DNA of 58,444 bases, taken from a virus. Taxonomy: Duplodnaviria > Caudoviricetes. The position numbers and the translations under genes are program-made. The DNA is taken from IMG/VR virus record IMGVR_UViG_3300017963_004517, positions 1 to 58,444 of that record, one strand, 5' to 3'. The notes under the pieces were generated by a model. It saw only the letters and a list, made by a program, of their open reading frames with translations. It was not told the DNA's origin and made no database searches. Of the stretch, positions 39,081 through 47,821 are shown piece after piece (position 1 is the first letter of the stretch; the number at the start of each line of letters is the position of its first letter).

Positions 39081-40906
39081 AGTTTTGTCAGGGTGCCCGT
39101 CACTGTTTTTGTGTCAGGTGCATAACCCTTGATCTCGATGGTCACGTCCACAGAATAACCTAAATCTCCAGGCTCTGGCTCTGGCGGATCTGGATCCGGA
39201 GGGGGTTCAGTGCCGCCGTCATAGGGATCGAGGTCGATATCCTTTATATAGCGATCGCCATTGGTAGGGTAACCAGAGACAATCTTGCGCATGCCGGCCA
39301 GCGGACCGGAATCCCAAAGCCAATCGCACTCGATCACCGTACTGGCCGGAATCGTTTCTCTGGGACTCCCGTTCACATTATATAGAGTCGCCTTTTTATT
39401 GGTTATGTATATTGCAGTAGGCACTGTCTCACCTCTTTCTTTAATCTCAAATCCAACATGATTGGCAACCGCGTGCAGCTTGTCGTCTGGTGGGTTGTTT
39501 TTTATCACCGGCACGCCGGCGCTATTTTTGAATATCAGGGTATTGGAGTCGCCGCCGTCCAGGTTGCCTCCCCATAGTGCCCCCAGAGACTTTGCGAAAT
39601 GAGCAAGCTCCAAACGGGTCAGGCCCTGGGTGCCGTCGTTGCGCCCGTCGATGGTTATCAGAATGTACTCGGTATTATTCCAGAATAACGCATTCCTCGG
39701 GTCAACAAAGATATTATCAACTCGAGGCCAGAGGCTGCGCACCCGGTCAACGAGGGTCGCCAGCCTGACTGACGCCGGCACAATCCCATCCAGCAGCAGT
39801 ACATCCGATATGCCAACCACGTTATAGGCCTCATCGTCGATGCCCCAGACCATGCCAATCGGCTGATGGTTGCGGTCGAATTGGATACTTACCTCGTCTA
39901 CTATTGTTTTTTCAATTTCCCCATCCGTCACGACTGGTGCGTAGGGCACCGGCGGAGATACGCTATAGTCCGCATGCCCCCCGTTGATCACGATATCCGG
40001 ATGGCCTCGGGTATTAAAGAAGTGCATTCCCGTACCATGGAACCCGAGCCCATTGACATGGATTCTCTCCACATCCGAACGGTTGAAGCGGGTCACATGA
40101 AAATTGAACGGCCGAGGCGAATCCCTGTGGCCACGGGTATACAGAACCTGGTCATCAAACCAGGACTCGACCACATCACCATCGGGAGGCTGAGGGGGAT
40201 CCCCGCCTCCAATCCAGGCCTGGAACTCATTCAGATTCCCGTTGTAAACGTTCTGATCGCACCAGCCGCCTGTACCGTGCATAGCCGGCGAGCCGGCTTC
40301 GCTGTACTGCCAGAGCACCCAATCCTTGCGGTTTGTGGGCATTGAGGGCAATTTATCCGGGCTGGGTGAGTAATAATATTGAGCAACCCAGAATCCATCC
40401 CAGGGAGCCTGTGTGAACACGTCCACGCCATACAGGCGCATGCAGGCCGGCCAGACCACAGAGTCGTACGTCGAGGGGTTGGTATAGAACAGCAGCCTGG
40501 CACCTGGATGCCATTCTTTCACAAAAGTCCCGAACTCCTGGGCCTTCTCGACAAACGCATCGTTCATCGTATTGTTGGCAGATTCGAAATCACAGACCAG
40601 GATGTCCAAATCCAGGTCATCTGTTGTAGCCAGGAAATGGTCGGCCTGACTCCTGCCACTCACGCCACTGCGCAGATAGTGATACGCTCCCAGCACAGGC
40701 ACCTTACCCAGAGCCGCGTCATAAAAATCGAAAAAGGATTGATCCACCCAGGATACCCCTTCGGTCGCCTTGAAAATAGCAAAGTCGATCAGACCAGGAT
40801 CGGCCTGGTCAGGATCGAACGACTCTTCCCAATGGCTGATGTCGATGCCATAAGCCCTGGGAGAGCCGGCGATCACTCGCTCATTGTGTTTATGGAATGT
40901 TGACAT
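39077..40906 (-). CDS. Endolysin: GH25 muramidase + phosphodiester-glycosidase (NAGPA/DUF2233-like) domain
   Basis: GIDISHWE, KATEG, GAYHY, DFE, WVAQY, LWQYS; then PRNA...IDGR..GLT..ELA...NLDGGDS. Confidence 0.85.
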   Translation of the reverse strand: MSTFHKHNERVIAGSPRAYGIDISHWEESFDPDQADPGLIDFAIFKATEGVSWVDQSFFDFYDAALGKVPVLGAYHYLRSGVSGRSQADHFLATTDDLDLDILVCDFESANNTMNDAFVEKAQEFGTFVKEWHPGARLLFYTNPSTYDSVVWPACMRLYGVDVFTQAPWDGFWVAQYYYSPSPDKLPSMPTNRKDWVLWQYSEAGSPAMHGTGGWCDQNVYNGNLNEFQAWIGGGDPPQPPDGDVVESWFDDQVLYTRGHRDSPRPFNFHVTRFNRSDVERIHVNGLGFHGTGMHFFNTRGHPDIVINGGHADYSVSPPVPYAPVVTDGEIEKTIVDEVSIQFDRNHQPIGMVWGIDDEAYNVVGISDVLLLDGIVPASVRLATLVDRVRSLWPRVDNIFVDPRNALFWNNTEYILITIDGRNDGTQGLTRLELAHFAKSLGALWGGNLDGGDSNTLIFKNSAGVPVIKNNPPDDKLHAVANHVGFEIKERGETVPTAIYITNKKATLYNVNGSPRETIPASTVIECDWLWDSGPLAGMRKIVSGYPTNGDRYIKDIDLDPYDGGTEPPPDPDPPEPEPGDLGYSVDVTIEIKGYAPDTKTVTGTLTKL

Positions 40907-40912
40907 TTTTCA

Positions 40913-41803
40913 TTATTCGGGAGGACGCCAGTCGGTATAACATGGCTGTGCTTTTTCGGCATCCCGCTCCAGGCAAAGGGCGATCCACCAATCTTCCGTA
41001 GGATGCACACGCCCCCACCATCCCCGGTCTTGCAAAAAAAACAAAGAAGTTGCAACCTTGATTGTTTCATAAAGTGGCACCGCGTTCTCTATACTCGAGC
41101 AATAGCGCCCCTCCTCAACATAATTGCAGTAAGGGAGTAAATAGCCGACATTGCAGTCGTTGTACAGGCTCGGCTGGCAACGGATGTTCAGGCCACGATA
41201 TTCATCTATATTATCCCCGTACACGTTCACACGGGCAAGAACTGTGCTTGGTGGGGTTTCAGGTGTGATCGTGGGGCGGATGGTCTCAGTTGCCGTCACA
41301 GTCGGGACACCAGGGGTGGAAGTAGGTGTAACCGTAACGGTCGGGGAAACAGATGACGGAATAACGTCATAAATTTCATAGTTGGTAGCATCGCTGTAAA
41401 CTGAGATCTTGTAGTAGGCTGGAGGACACGCGCCGGCCCAGCCGCCATCGTCGGCCATGTGCGCCACAATTCTCATTTCTATCTCCTGTCCCGGGTGTAC
41501 TTGCCACATGACAGGCCAATAGGGTCCACTGCTGCACATCCTCAAGTTGTCCTGTTTGAACTTCTCAGGGTCTCCATAGTTGAAGCGGATAGCACGAGAA
41601 GCGTAAATTTCGTCACGCCACTCCAAATACTCGACGTGGGACATGGGCAGCATATCTTCCGTGTATACAACCCTTTTCGGGAACACCGAATTCAAGAATG
41701 GCACGCCACTCGCGTTGAGAAAATGTGCGATCACCAACGCCAAAAAAGAAACCGCAATAATGCCGGCGACAAGCAAGACAGGTTTCAAAAATCGTTTATT
41801 CAT
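40913..41803 (-). CDS. Membrane-anchored secreted protein with PT linker and SH3-like domain
   Basis: N-terminal TM, TPT repeats, LNIRCQPS...WIAL. Confidence 0.65.
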   Translation of the reverse strand: MNKRFLKPVLLVAGIIAVSFLALVIAHFLNASGVPFLNSVFPKRVVYTEDMLPMSHVEYLEWRDEIYASRAIRFNYGDPEKFKQDNLRMCSSGPYWPVMWQVHPGQEIEMRIVAHMADDGGWAGACPPAYYKISVYSDATNYEIYDVIPSSVSPTVTVTPTSTPGVPTVTATETIRPTITPETPPSTVLARVNVYGDNIDEYRGLNIRCQPSLYNDCNVGYLLPYCNYVEEGRYCSSIENAVPLYETIKVATSLFFLQDRGWWGRVHPTEDWWIALCLERDAEKAQPCYTDWRPPE

Positions 41804-42657
41804 TTCATCTCCAATCTGGGAGTGGAAATTCCTCGCCACTCTCGATAGGCTGCCAGGTTTTCAGGAAACAATAGCAGCATTCCCAGCCAGACCACTGCCC
41901 AGGTGTGCAAGGTCACGTAGGGAGCGAAAAACGGGGAGGAGGCAATAGCAAAGCGGAGATCCCGCTTCCATATCGCAACCCCCAGCAAGGCACATCCAAC
42001 AGGCACCCCGTAAGGGAACAGACTCGAGCTCCACCAAATGTCGACCAGGCCTGGAGATTTCGCCGGCCAAAACCCGAACAGGGCAAATGACAAAACAAGT
42101 GCCACGCTCACCGGAGTGACGACTCTCACGACCTGTCTGAACCCGCCCTCAATCCAGGCATCGATCACCCAGAATGCAGCCACGCCAATCCCGAACTGTG
42201 GCTTGCATAGGACAAAGAACAGGCCGGCCTGGGGAGGCAGCAGGAACCCCAGCACGACCAGACCTTCCACGTTCCCATTCCACGAGTTGAGCAGGATCCC
42301 AGAAAACAATACAAAAACGGTCAAAATAATTGCATTCATCCGCAGCTTGAAAGCAGCGAAGATATAACTATATAAATTTAGTATAAACATGACAGCCGTC
42401 CCCAGCGGAGCAGAAAGCAGCGCGATGGGGAGCAGGGGAAGTAACAGCCATGGGGGATTGAAAAAGCCCGAGTCCGCGTAAGGTGACCGGCCGGCCAGCA
42501 GGTCCAGGGCAGCCGGCCGGAATGAATACTTCCAATCAACCCCCAGATTGGGCAGGCCTTCGGTGGTCAACTCCATCTGAACGGGGAGGTGGGTGTACAC
42601 GTAATAGACTCCCAGAGCGAACAGGGCAATGAATAAAAGAACTCGTAAGCCCCTCAC
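41800..42657 (-). CDS. GT-C/GT87-like integral membrane glycosyltransferase
   Basis: DW...GRSPY...FFNPPW, GNVE, KPQ; multiple TMs. Confidence 0.75.
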   Translation of the reverse strand: MRGLRVLLFIALFALGVYYVYTHLPVQMELTTEGLPNLGVDWKYSFRPAALDLLAGRSPYADSGFFNPPWLLLPLLPIALLSAPLGTAVMFILNLYSYIFAAFKLRMNAIILTVFVLFSGILLNSWNGNVEGLVVLGFLLPPQAGLFFVLCKPQFGIGVAAFWVIDAWIEGGFRQVVRVVTPVSVALVLSFALFGFWPAKSPGLVDIWWSSSLFPYGVPVGCALLGVAIWKRDLRFAIASSPFFAPYVTLHTWAVVWLGMLLLFPENLAAYREWRGISTPRLEMK

Positions 42658-42839
42658 TTTTTCACCTCCTCGTTGATCGCAAGCAAGTCGTTCAAGAGAT
42701 TATTGAACCGCGTCCAGATCTCATCCCACCTCGCAAACTCAGTCTTATAATCGCCATTAGGACAGATGATATAATCCCCATCTTTGGCCAGATACTCCCC
42801 ACAGACTGGACACAAGCCGGCTCTCTTTTCATCAGACAT
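42654..42839 (-). CDS. Small Zn-ribbon protein
   Basis: CPVCG...ICPNG; first 9 aa identical to those of the GNAT gene. Confidence 0.6.
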   Translation of the reverse strand: MSDEKRAGLCPVCGEYLAKDGDYIICPNGDYKTEFARWDEIWTRFNNLLNDLLAINEEVKK

Positions 42840-43353
42840 CCTCGCCTCCACTTGGAAATAATAACTCATATTCGCGTTTTCCGCTCTGACCTGTTCTTAT
42901 CAGTTTTCCAATCTGCTTTTCTCTTTGTAGTTTTTCGGTCAGGGCTAGTCCACCCTCGGAGGTGGGGAATATGTTCACGGTTTTCATTCCCTTACTCCTA
43001 AGAATTTCAAGCGCCTCAACGGTTACAGCGTATCCAGAGCCGCGCCGCCTGGATCCTTCCGCGACCTCAGTATAGAAAATCTCACCTCTAGTGGGAGAGG
43101 TTCGGTCATTCGTAAAATCTGCCTTGATAAACCCCAGAACTTTGGCATCCCCGTTTCTAATCTCAAAATTTTCAGGGCTTCCGGCTACCCCCCAAGTTAC
43201 ACTTGAGTCTTTTCTTAGATTTGGGGAGTAAGATGTTTTAGACTTTCCCCCGCCATGCACGCTCTGTGGACTCCCGGATTTGTGCGGACCAGGACCGCCG
43301 TGCATAAGAACCATTCGAATACGCTTCAAGCCGGCTCTCTTTTCATCAGACAT
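42832..43353 (-). CDS. Tagged GNAT acetyltransferase
   Basis: HGGPGPHKSGSPQSVHGG tag, then EIFYTEV.EGSRRRGSG acetyl-CoA motif and TSEGGLAL. Confidence 0.7.
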   Translation of the reverse strand: MSDEKRAGLKRIRMVLMHGGPGPHKSGSPQSVHGGGKSKTSYSPNLRKDSSVTWGVAGSPENFEIRNGDAKVLGFIKADFTNDRTSPTRGEIFYTEVAEGSRRRGSGYAVTVEALEILRSKGMKTVNIFPTSEGGLALTEKLQREKQIGKLIRTGQSGKREYELLFPSGGEDV

Positions 43354-43594
43354 CCTGCACCTCCTCCACGACTGCAACGACTTCACGGACCGGAGTCGCA
43401 ACCAACAGATTCCTGGCGCCGGCAGAGCGGAGGTGGTCGGTATTGATAATACACTTCACCTTGCGCTTGCCATCCAGCCGCCGGCCCCGGATGGGCACCA
43501 ATTCGATGGAGCGGGTCGCAGGGTTGTAGATGAAGAGCAGGTGACCCTCGTCGTCCACGACTCTGATCATGCCGTTCTGATTTTCGTCGCTCAT
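43346..43594 (-). CDS. Hypothetical protein
   Basis: Start overlaps the MuF stop codon. Confidence 0.55.
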   Translation of the reverse strand: MSDENQNGMIRVVDDEGHLLFIYNPATRSIELVPIRGRRLDGKRKVKCIINTDHLRSAGARNLLVATPVREVVAVVEEVQDV

Positions 43595-45015
43595 CGAAAC
43601 TCCAATCCACAAAGGCAATGCGATAAACAAGTCGCCTCGCCAATAGGAACCATGTCGGCAATCGGCACCCAGCCAAGCTGGAATAACTCAACGCACCCAG
43701 GCCGGCTCGAGTCTATGCAGTGCTCTTCGTTCGGCCCCAGGACTCTCCGGGCTTCCCGATAGCCGGCATCCTCAGCCACGCGCATGCGCTCGTTCTCGTA
43801 GATCGCATTCGCAGCCCGGGCATACATGCCGGCACGCACAACCGCGAACCCGTTCAATGGCTGCGCACCCGACTCGATCTCTGCCAGGAAATTGTCGAGC
43901 CAGCGGTAGTGTGGACGCATCCGCCAGCCAAACCTTGAAACATGAGACCGGTCGTAGTTTTCCAGACCCCCGATGGAGGCCAGGTAAGCCGCCCGGTATT
44001 CCTGTTTCATGATTGATCGCATCGCATCGTACCACTGCTGCCGGCTGATCTCGCCGTTCACCAGCCTGGCCGTGAGATCCCGCAGGTCACGCTGCACAGC
44101 ATTGGCAACCCGCTGGACTCCCATCTTGATCCGGAAGTCAGGCACCCGCCGGCCGGCGACCACGTAACGCCAGACTCCCGTGCTATGGTCGAAAAAAATC
44201 TCGGCCAGCCGGCGAGCGTTTTGAAAAACGTTCAAGCGAATGACCCTGAACGATGGAGTCTCTCTTTCTATTACTACATAGCGAGCATCTAGAAGTTCTC
44301 CAAAGTCCGTCGACACAAATGCTGCCGTTCCTGTCAAGGCGCTGCCGGCGCTCCAGTCTACGCGCCACATATAATCCATTTTGTCATTATCGTACAATCT
44401 TTGGATCCGGCGCAAAGTAGGAACGTCCAATTCATTAGTCGTGATGGATAGCGCAAACCTTCCCCTTCCATAATCATCAACGCCTATACGGATCCAGCCA
44501 TTCTCGAGTAGGTATGCCCTTCTACTGGATAAGGTTGTCCCTTTTGAATAATCGACCTCGTATCCGCCGGCTCTTATAACTTCCCGTTCAAAATCCATGT
44601 GTCCCTGCGGAGCTCGATAAACGTCATTATCTGGAGATACATAGAACTCATTGTGCTCTCCCTCACCGAAAATCTTATCGACCAGATAACCCAGGTCTGG
44701 ATCGATATCGAGCCTCTGTTTTGTTTCCGAACCATCTCCGCCGGCATGCACGCTCTGCGGCGTGCCCGTGCCTGGGTGCGGTCCAGGGCCGTAGTGCTGT
44801 TGCTTGACCAAAATCAAAGGCCGGGTTTCCAGCAGCCCCGGGATCCCAGAATGCTTATCCCACAGGTCAATCGTATCCTGGAGATCGTCAACATTCTCCA
44901 GCCACTCCTGGAGCTCATCCTCGGTCCAACGCCGGATGGGAATATTGTCGTCATCCGTGTAACGCCGGCGAGCCGGAAGGTCTAGGATCTGGGGGAGTGG
45001 GCTGGGAAAGGTCAT
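43591..45015 (-). CDS. MuF/gp7-like head morphogenesis protein with an inserted tagged domain
   Basis: C-terminal RAGMYA...EHC...C...P.G..C...CLC; N-terminal HYGPGPHPGTGTPQSVHAG tag followed by a ...H...NGWIRI domain. Confidence 0.7.
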   Translation of the reverse strand: MTFPSPLPQILDLPARRRYTDDDNIPIRRWTEDELQEWLENVDDLQDTIDLWDKHSGIPGLLETRPLILVKQQHYGPGPHPGTGTPQSVHAGGDGSETKQRLDIDPDLGYLVDKIFGEGEHNEFYVSPDNDVYRAPQGHMDFEREVIRAGGYEVDYSKGTTLSSRRAYLLENGWIRIGVDDYGRGRFALSITTNELDVPTLRRIQRLYDNDKMDYMWRVDWSAGSALTGTAAFVSTDFGELLDARYVVIERETPSFRVIRLNVFQNARRLAEIFFDHSTGVWRYVVAGRRVPDFRIKMGVQRVANAVQRDLRDLTARLVNGEISRQQWYDAMRSIMKQEYRAAYLASIGGLENYDRSHVSRFGWRMRPHYRWLDNFLAEIESGAQPLNGFAVVRAGMYARAANAIYENERMRVAEDAGYREARRVLGPNEEHCIDSSRPGCVELFQLGWVPIADMVPIGEATCLSHCLCGLEFR

Positions 45016-45383
45016 TCCAAAAAAGTCCTTACAAAAAGAGTGTAAGATTGAGGCTCTTTCAGCGCACCATCAGGGTGAGGATCGTGAAATACCTCTCCGT
45101 TCCGGCCAACAACACTGTGATGGAAATCTCCATTCTTGCTGGTTCCATTGATTATGTGGTAACCCGTCGGCATGATCCCGCCGGCCTCGCAAGATTCAAT
45201 CGTCACGTCAATCGGATACAACTCAAATTTATAGATGCACCAAATCGTGAAGTTTTCATACCAGTCTGAACGATTCCCAAAGTCGGGTACATTATCTATG
45301 GGAATCTCGAAAATAGACGCCAAGCAAGCCGCTAGGCAATTGCCGTCTGGATAACCGAATTTGGTCTGGTCGGTTGGAATCAT
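45012..45383 (-). CDS. Conserved phage protein, possible papain-like (C39) peptidase fold
   Basis: Q...GNCLAACLAS, H.VV, HDP. Confidence 0.55.
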   Translation of the reverse strand: MIPTDQTKFGYPDGNCLAACLASIFEIPIDNVPDFGNRSDWYENFTIWCIYKFELYPIDVTIESCEAGGIMPTGYHIINGTSKNGDFHHSVVGRNGEVFHDPHPDGALKEPQSYTLFVRTFLE

Positions 45384-45610
45384 TTCAAAGACGCCTTTAC
45401 TTTCTCAACTTCTTCCTGTTGAATCTCGGTGTAATTTTCATCGCCACCTATTCCAAAATGAGCAATCAACTCCGGGTCATCGATCCACTTGGAACCATCC
45501 CATCTTTCAGAGATAACCTTGTCTTTTTCAACGCTCCACCTATGCAGAGATCGGATGGTCTCTTCTTCGCCCTTTTTCCCTTCATATGTTTTTCTGACGA
45601 GATACTTCAT
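45380..45610 (-). CDS. Putative immunity protein for the portal-fused RelA/SpoT domain
   Basis: 76 aa; ATGA overlap with the portal stop; ERWD..KW.DD...G....TEI..EEVEK. Confidence 0.55.
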   Translation of the reverse strand: MKYLVRKTYEGKKGEEETIRSLHRWSVEKDKVISERWDGSKWIDDPELIAHFGIGGDENYTEIQQEEVEKVKASLK

Positions 45611-47817
45611 TTCACAACTCCTGGCAAGGCCTGCCAATTTACAGGACGTTCCAAATCATTCCACATAGATGACATCTCTCTAGCCAACTCTAACCGCTTT
45701 GCGTCGTTGGCGTCTAGCTCCCTCCATATCTCGTAGATTTTATGAACATTCCTTTTTATTGTCAGGGAATCTTCCGTGTGATATTGGATCTCGAACCTGA
45801 AACCGGTTTTCTCGTTCACCATAACGGTATTGTATCCGGCATACTCTCCACCAGGTTTGAAAAAGTTTTTCCATTTGTGATCGTATTTTTTCCAGCCGTC
45901 CCTGGCAAGGTCGGTCTGAACCTCTTTGACATCCTCAACGAACGTTTCAGGATTGAAAACCAGGGTATAACGGAGAGAGTCGTTTATTTGGAGAGCCGCC
46001 TCCTCTGGAGTGATCCCCATCTGCTCTGAGTCTATCCTTATTTTCCTGGAAAGACTAGCCGCTGTTTTGAGTTTATTGTCAAGCCCAACCAGTCTCCCGC
46101 CGGCCTTATCTGCAATTCTTTGAAGAGTAGAAGTCACCTCCGGCTCCGCCTTGGCTGCTTCCCTGATCTTGGTCTTGACCGCTTTCTCGATGTTAGACCG
46201 TGCGCCAGCCCCTTTACCTGGAGCAAAACCGCCGCGCCTGCCCGGTCTGCCTTTATGGCCTTTGTGACCAGAGCCCGGCCCACCGTGAGTCTTGAGAACT
46301 TCTTTCATTTGCCCTAAGTCAAACTCCTCGGGATTGGGAGCGAAGCCCCCCGAACCGTTCCCGTCGCCGGCCTGTGGGGGAGGAAACTTGTTGCCCTGCC
46401 CCATGGCCTTCTCTTCCTTGTCGGCCTGCTCGCGTTTCATGGCAGGAGTCCAAACAAAATTCAGGTAACGTTTGGCAAACTCCTCGGGAGGCATGATTGT
46501 CTCGGGAGCACCGCCGGAAGCTGTGCTCATCGCCTGGGCAGTCTTGACAGCCAGGTCGGCCTTTTGCATGTCGTTCAGTTCAATCAGGGACGGCCAATCA
46601 ACAAAATACTCCTCCGGGAGATCCAGAATCCCGAGCTCATCGCATCGATCCAGGAACGGCCGCAGGATGTAAGGCTCTGCAAAATTTCGCCGGCGAGCGT
46701 CGATCAGGTCCGAGAAGTTGTCATCATCTTGCGAGCTCGCCAGTTCACCGCGTTCGGACCCCAGCAGCCGACGCTGCGGGATTCCTTTTGATCCAGAGAT
46801 ATATTCGATGATCACATCGAACTGCTCACGCGAATCCACGGGATGACCTCCAAGCTCCTGGACATCCAGACCCCGGGCGCGAATGACCCGGCGGAGGTTG
46901 TGTTCCCACTCATCCCACTCGTCCTGCATAGCCTCGTACTCATCCGAGTCTTTCGATGGCAAAGTAAACCCTTCCATTGCTTTGAGCACCACCCCTTGAT
47001 AAATGAGTTTCCAGTAAGCCTCAGACCCGCCCCCGACTACCTTCTCGAGATCCCAAAAGCGGTTAATTATGTTTTTCAGGCCAGGGACGCCATACACGCG
47101 CCCCAGCCCCCCACCCCTCTGCCGGCCTTGCTTGATATGGATGACGCGGGAATAGTGGACCCGCCTGGAAAGTTCCCCTTGATCATCGATAACGATTTGA
47201 TAATACTCCGGCAGTCCGAATCTATTGGACTCCGGGTCTTTTACGATGCTGGTCTCATCTACCGTGGCATTGCCCTCGTCACACGTAATGACATAAGCCA
47301 ACTGGCCGGCCTTGCCTTTTATCTCGTCCTCGGGCCGGCCAGGCAACCCCAGGTAGAGCAGGGAAAACCTGGAGATCCCCAGCATCCGGTCGGCCTCAAG
47401 GAACTGAGCCCATAGATCGTGACTCTTTACTAACTCTTTGAATCTCTCTTGAATTGGACCGGGCTCGGCCTTTTCGTCCTCGGCCTTTTCCTCGCTCTCG
47501 AATAAAATTGGATGTTTACGCCAGGTCTCATCGCTCACCAAATCAACCACACGAGTCCCTATTCCATCACGCTCGTATATGTTGAGATAATCGGAATACT
47601 CTGGGTCTAGCTTATAGCCAAGCGTCTCATAGAGTTTTCGGTCACCATCAAACGACTGACCCAGCGCACGGCCAAGGCCGGCGCGACTCAAACGGGATAG
47701 ATAAGAATTCAACTGTATTGCGTGATCAAGCTGCCGACTAGTTGCATTGAGTTTTTTTTCCAGGTCGGCCTTAGTCCCCGCTCGCGGTTTCTTGGTTCCT
47801 TTTGGTTGATTAGCCAT
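45607..47817 (-). CDS. Portal protein (DUF1073-like) with C-terminal RelA/SpoT-like nucleotidyltransferase
   Basis: YERDGIG.RVVD, FGLPEYY, VHYSRVI, GIPQRRLLG.ERGELASSQD; tail has KLKT..SL.RK, DSLRY, YAGYN, EIQYHT. Confidence 0.85.
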   Translation of the reverse strand: MANQPKGTKKPRAGTKADLEKKLNATSRQLDHAIQLNSYLSRLSRAGLGRALGQSFDGDRKLYETLGYKLDPEYSDYLNIYERDGIGTRVVDLVSDETWRKHPILFESEEKAEDEKAEPGPIQERFKELVKSHDLWAQFLEADRMLGISRFSLLYLGLPGRPEDEIKGKAGQLAYVITCDEGNATVDETSIVKDPESNRFGLPEYYQIVIDDQGELSRRVHYSRVIHIKQGRQRGGGLGRVYGVPGLKNIINRFWDLEKVVGGGSEAYWKLIYQGVVLKAMEGFTLPSKDSDEYEAMQDEWDEWEHNLRRVIRARGLDVQELGGHPVDSREQFDVIIEYISGSKGIPQRRLLGSERGELASSQDDDNFSDLIDARRRNFAEPYILRPFLDRCDELGILDLPEEYFVDWPSLIELNDMQKADLAVKTAQAMSTASGGAPETIMPPEEFAKRYLNFVWTPAMKREQADKEEKAMGQGNKFPPPQAGDGNGSGGFAPNPEEFDLGQMKEVLKTHGGPGSGHKGHKGRPGRRGGFAPGKGAGARSNIEKAVKTKIREAAKAEPEVTSTLQRIADKAGGRLVGLDNKLKTAASLSRKIRIDSEQMGITPEEAALQINDSLRYTLVFNPETFVEDVKEVQTDLARDGWKKYDHKWKNFFKPGGEYAGYNTVMVNEKTGFRFEIQYHTEDSLTIKRNVHKIYEIWRELDANDAKRLELAREMSSMWNDLERPVNWQALPGVVK

Positions 47818-47821
47818 AGAT

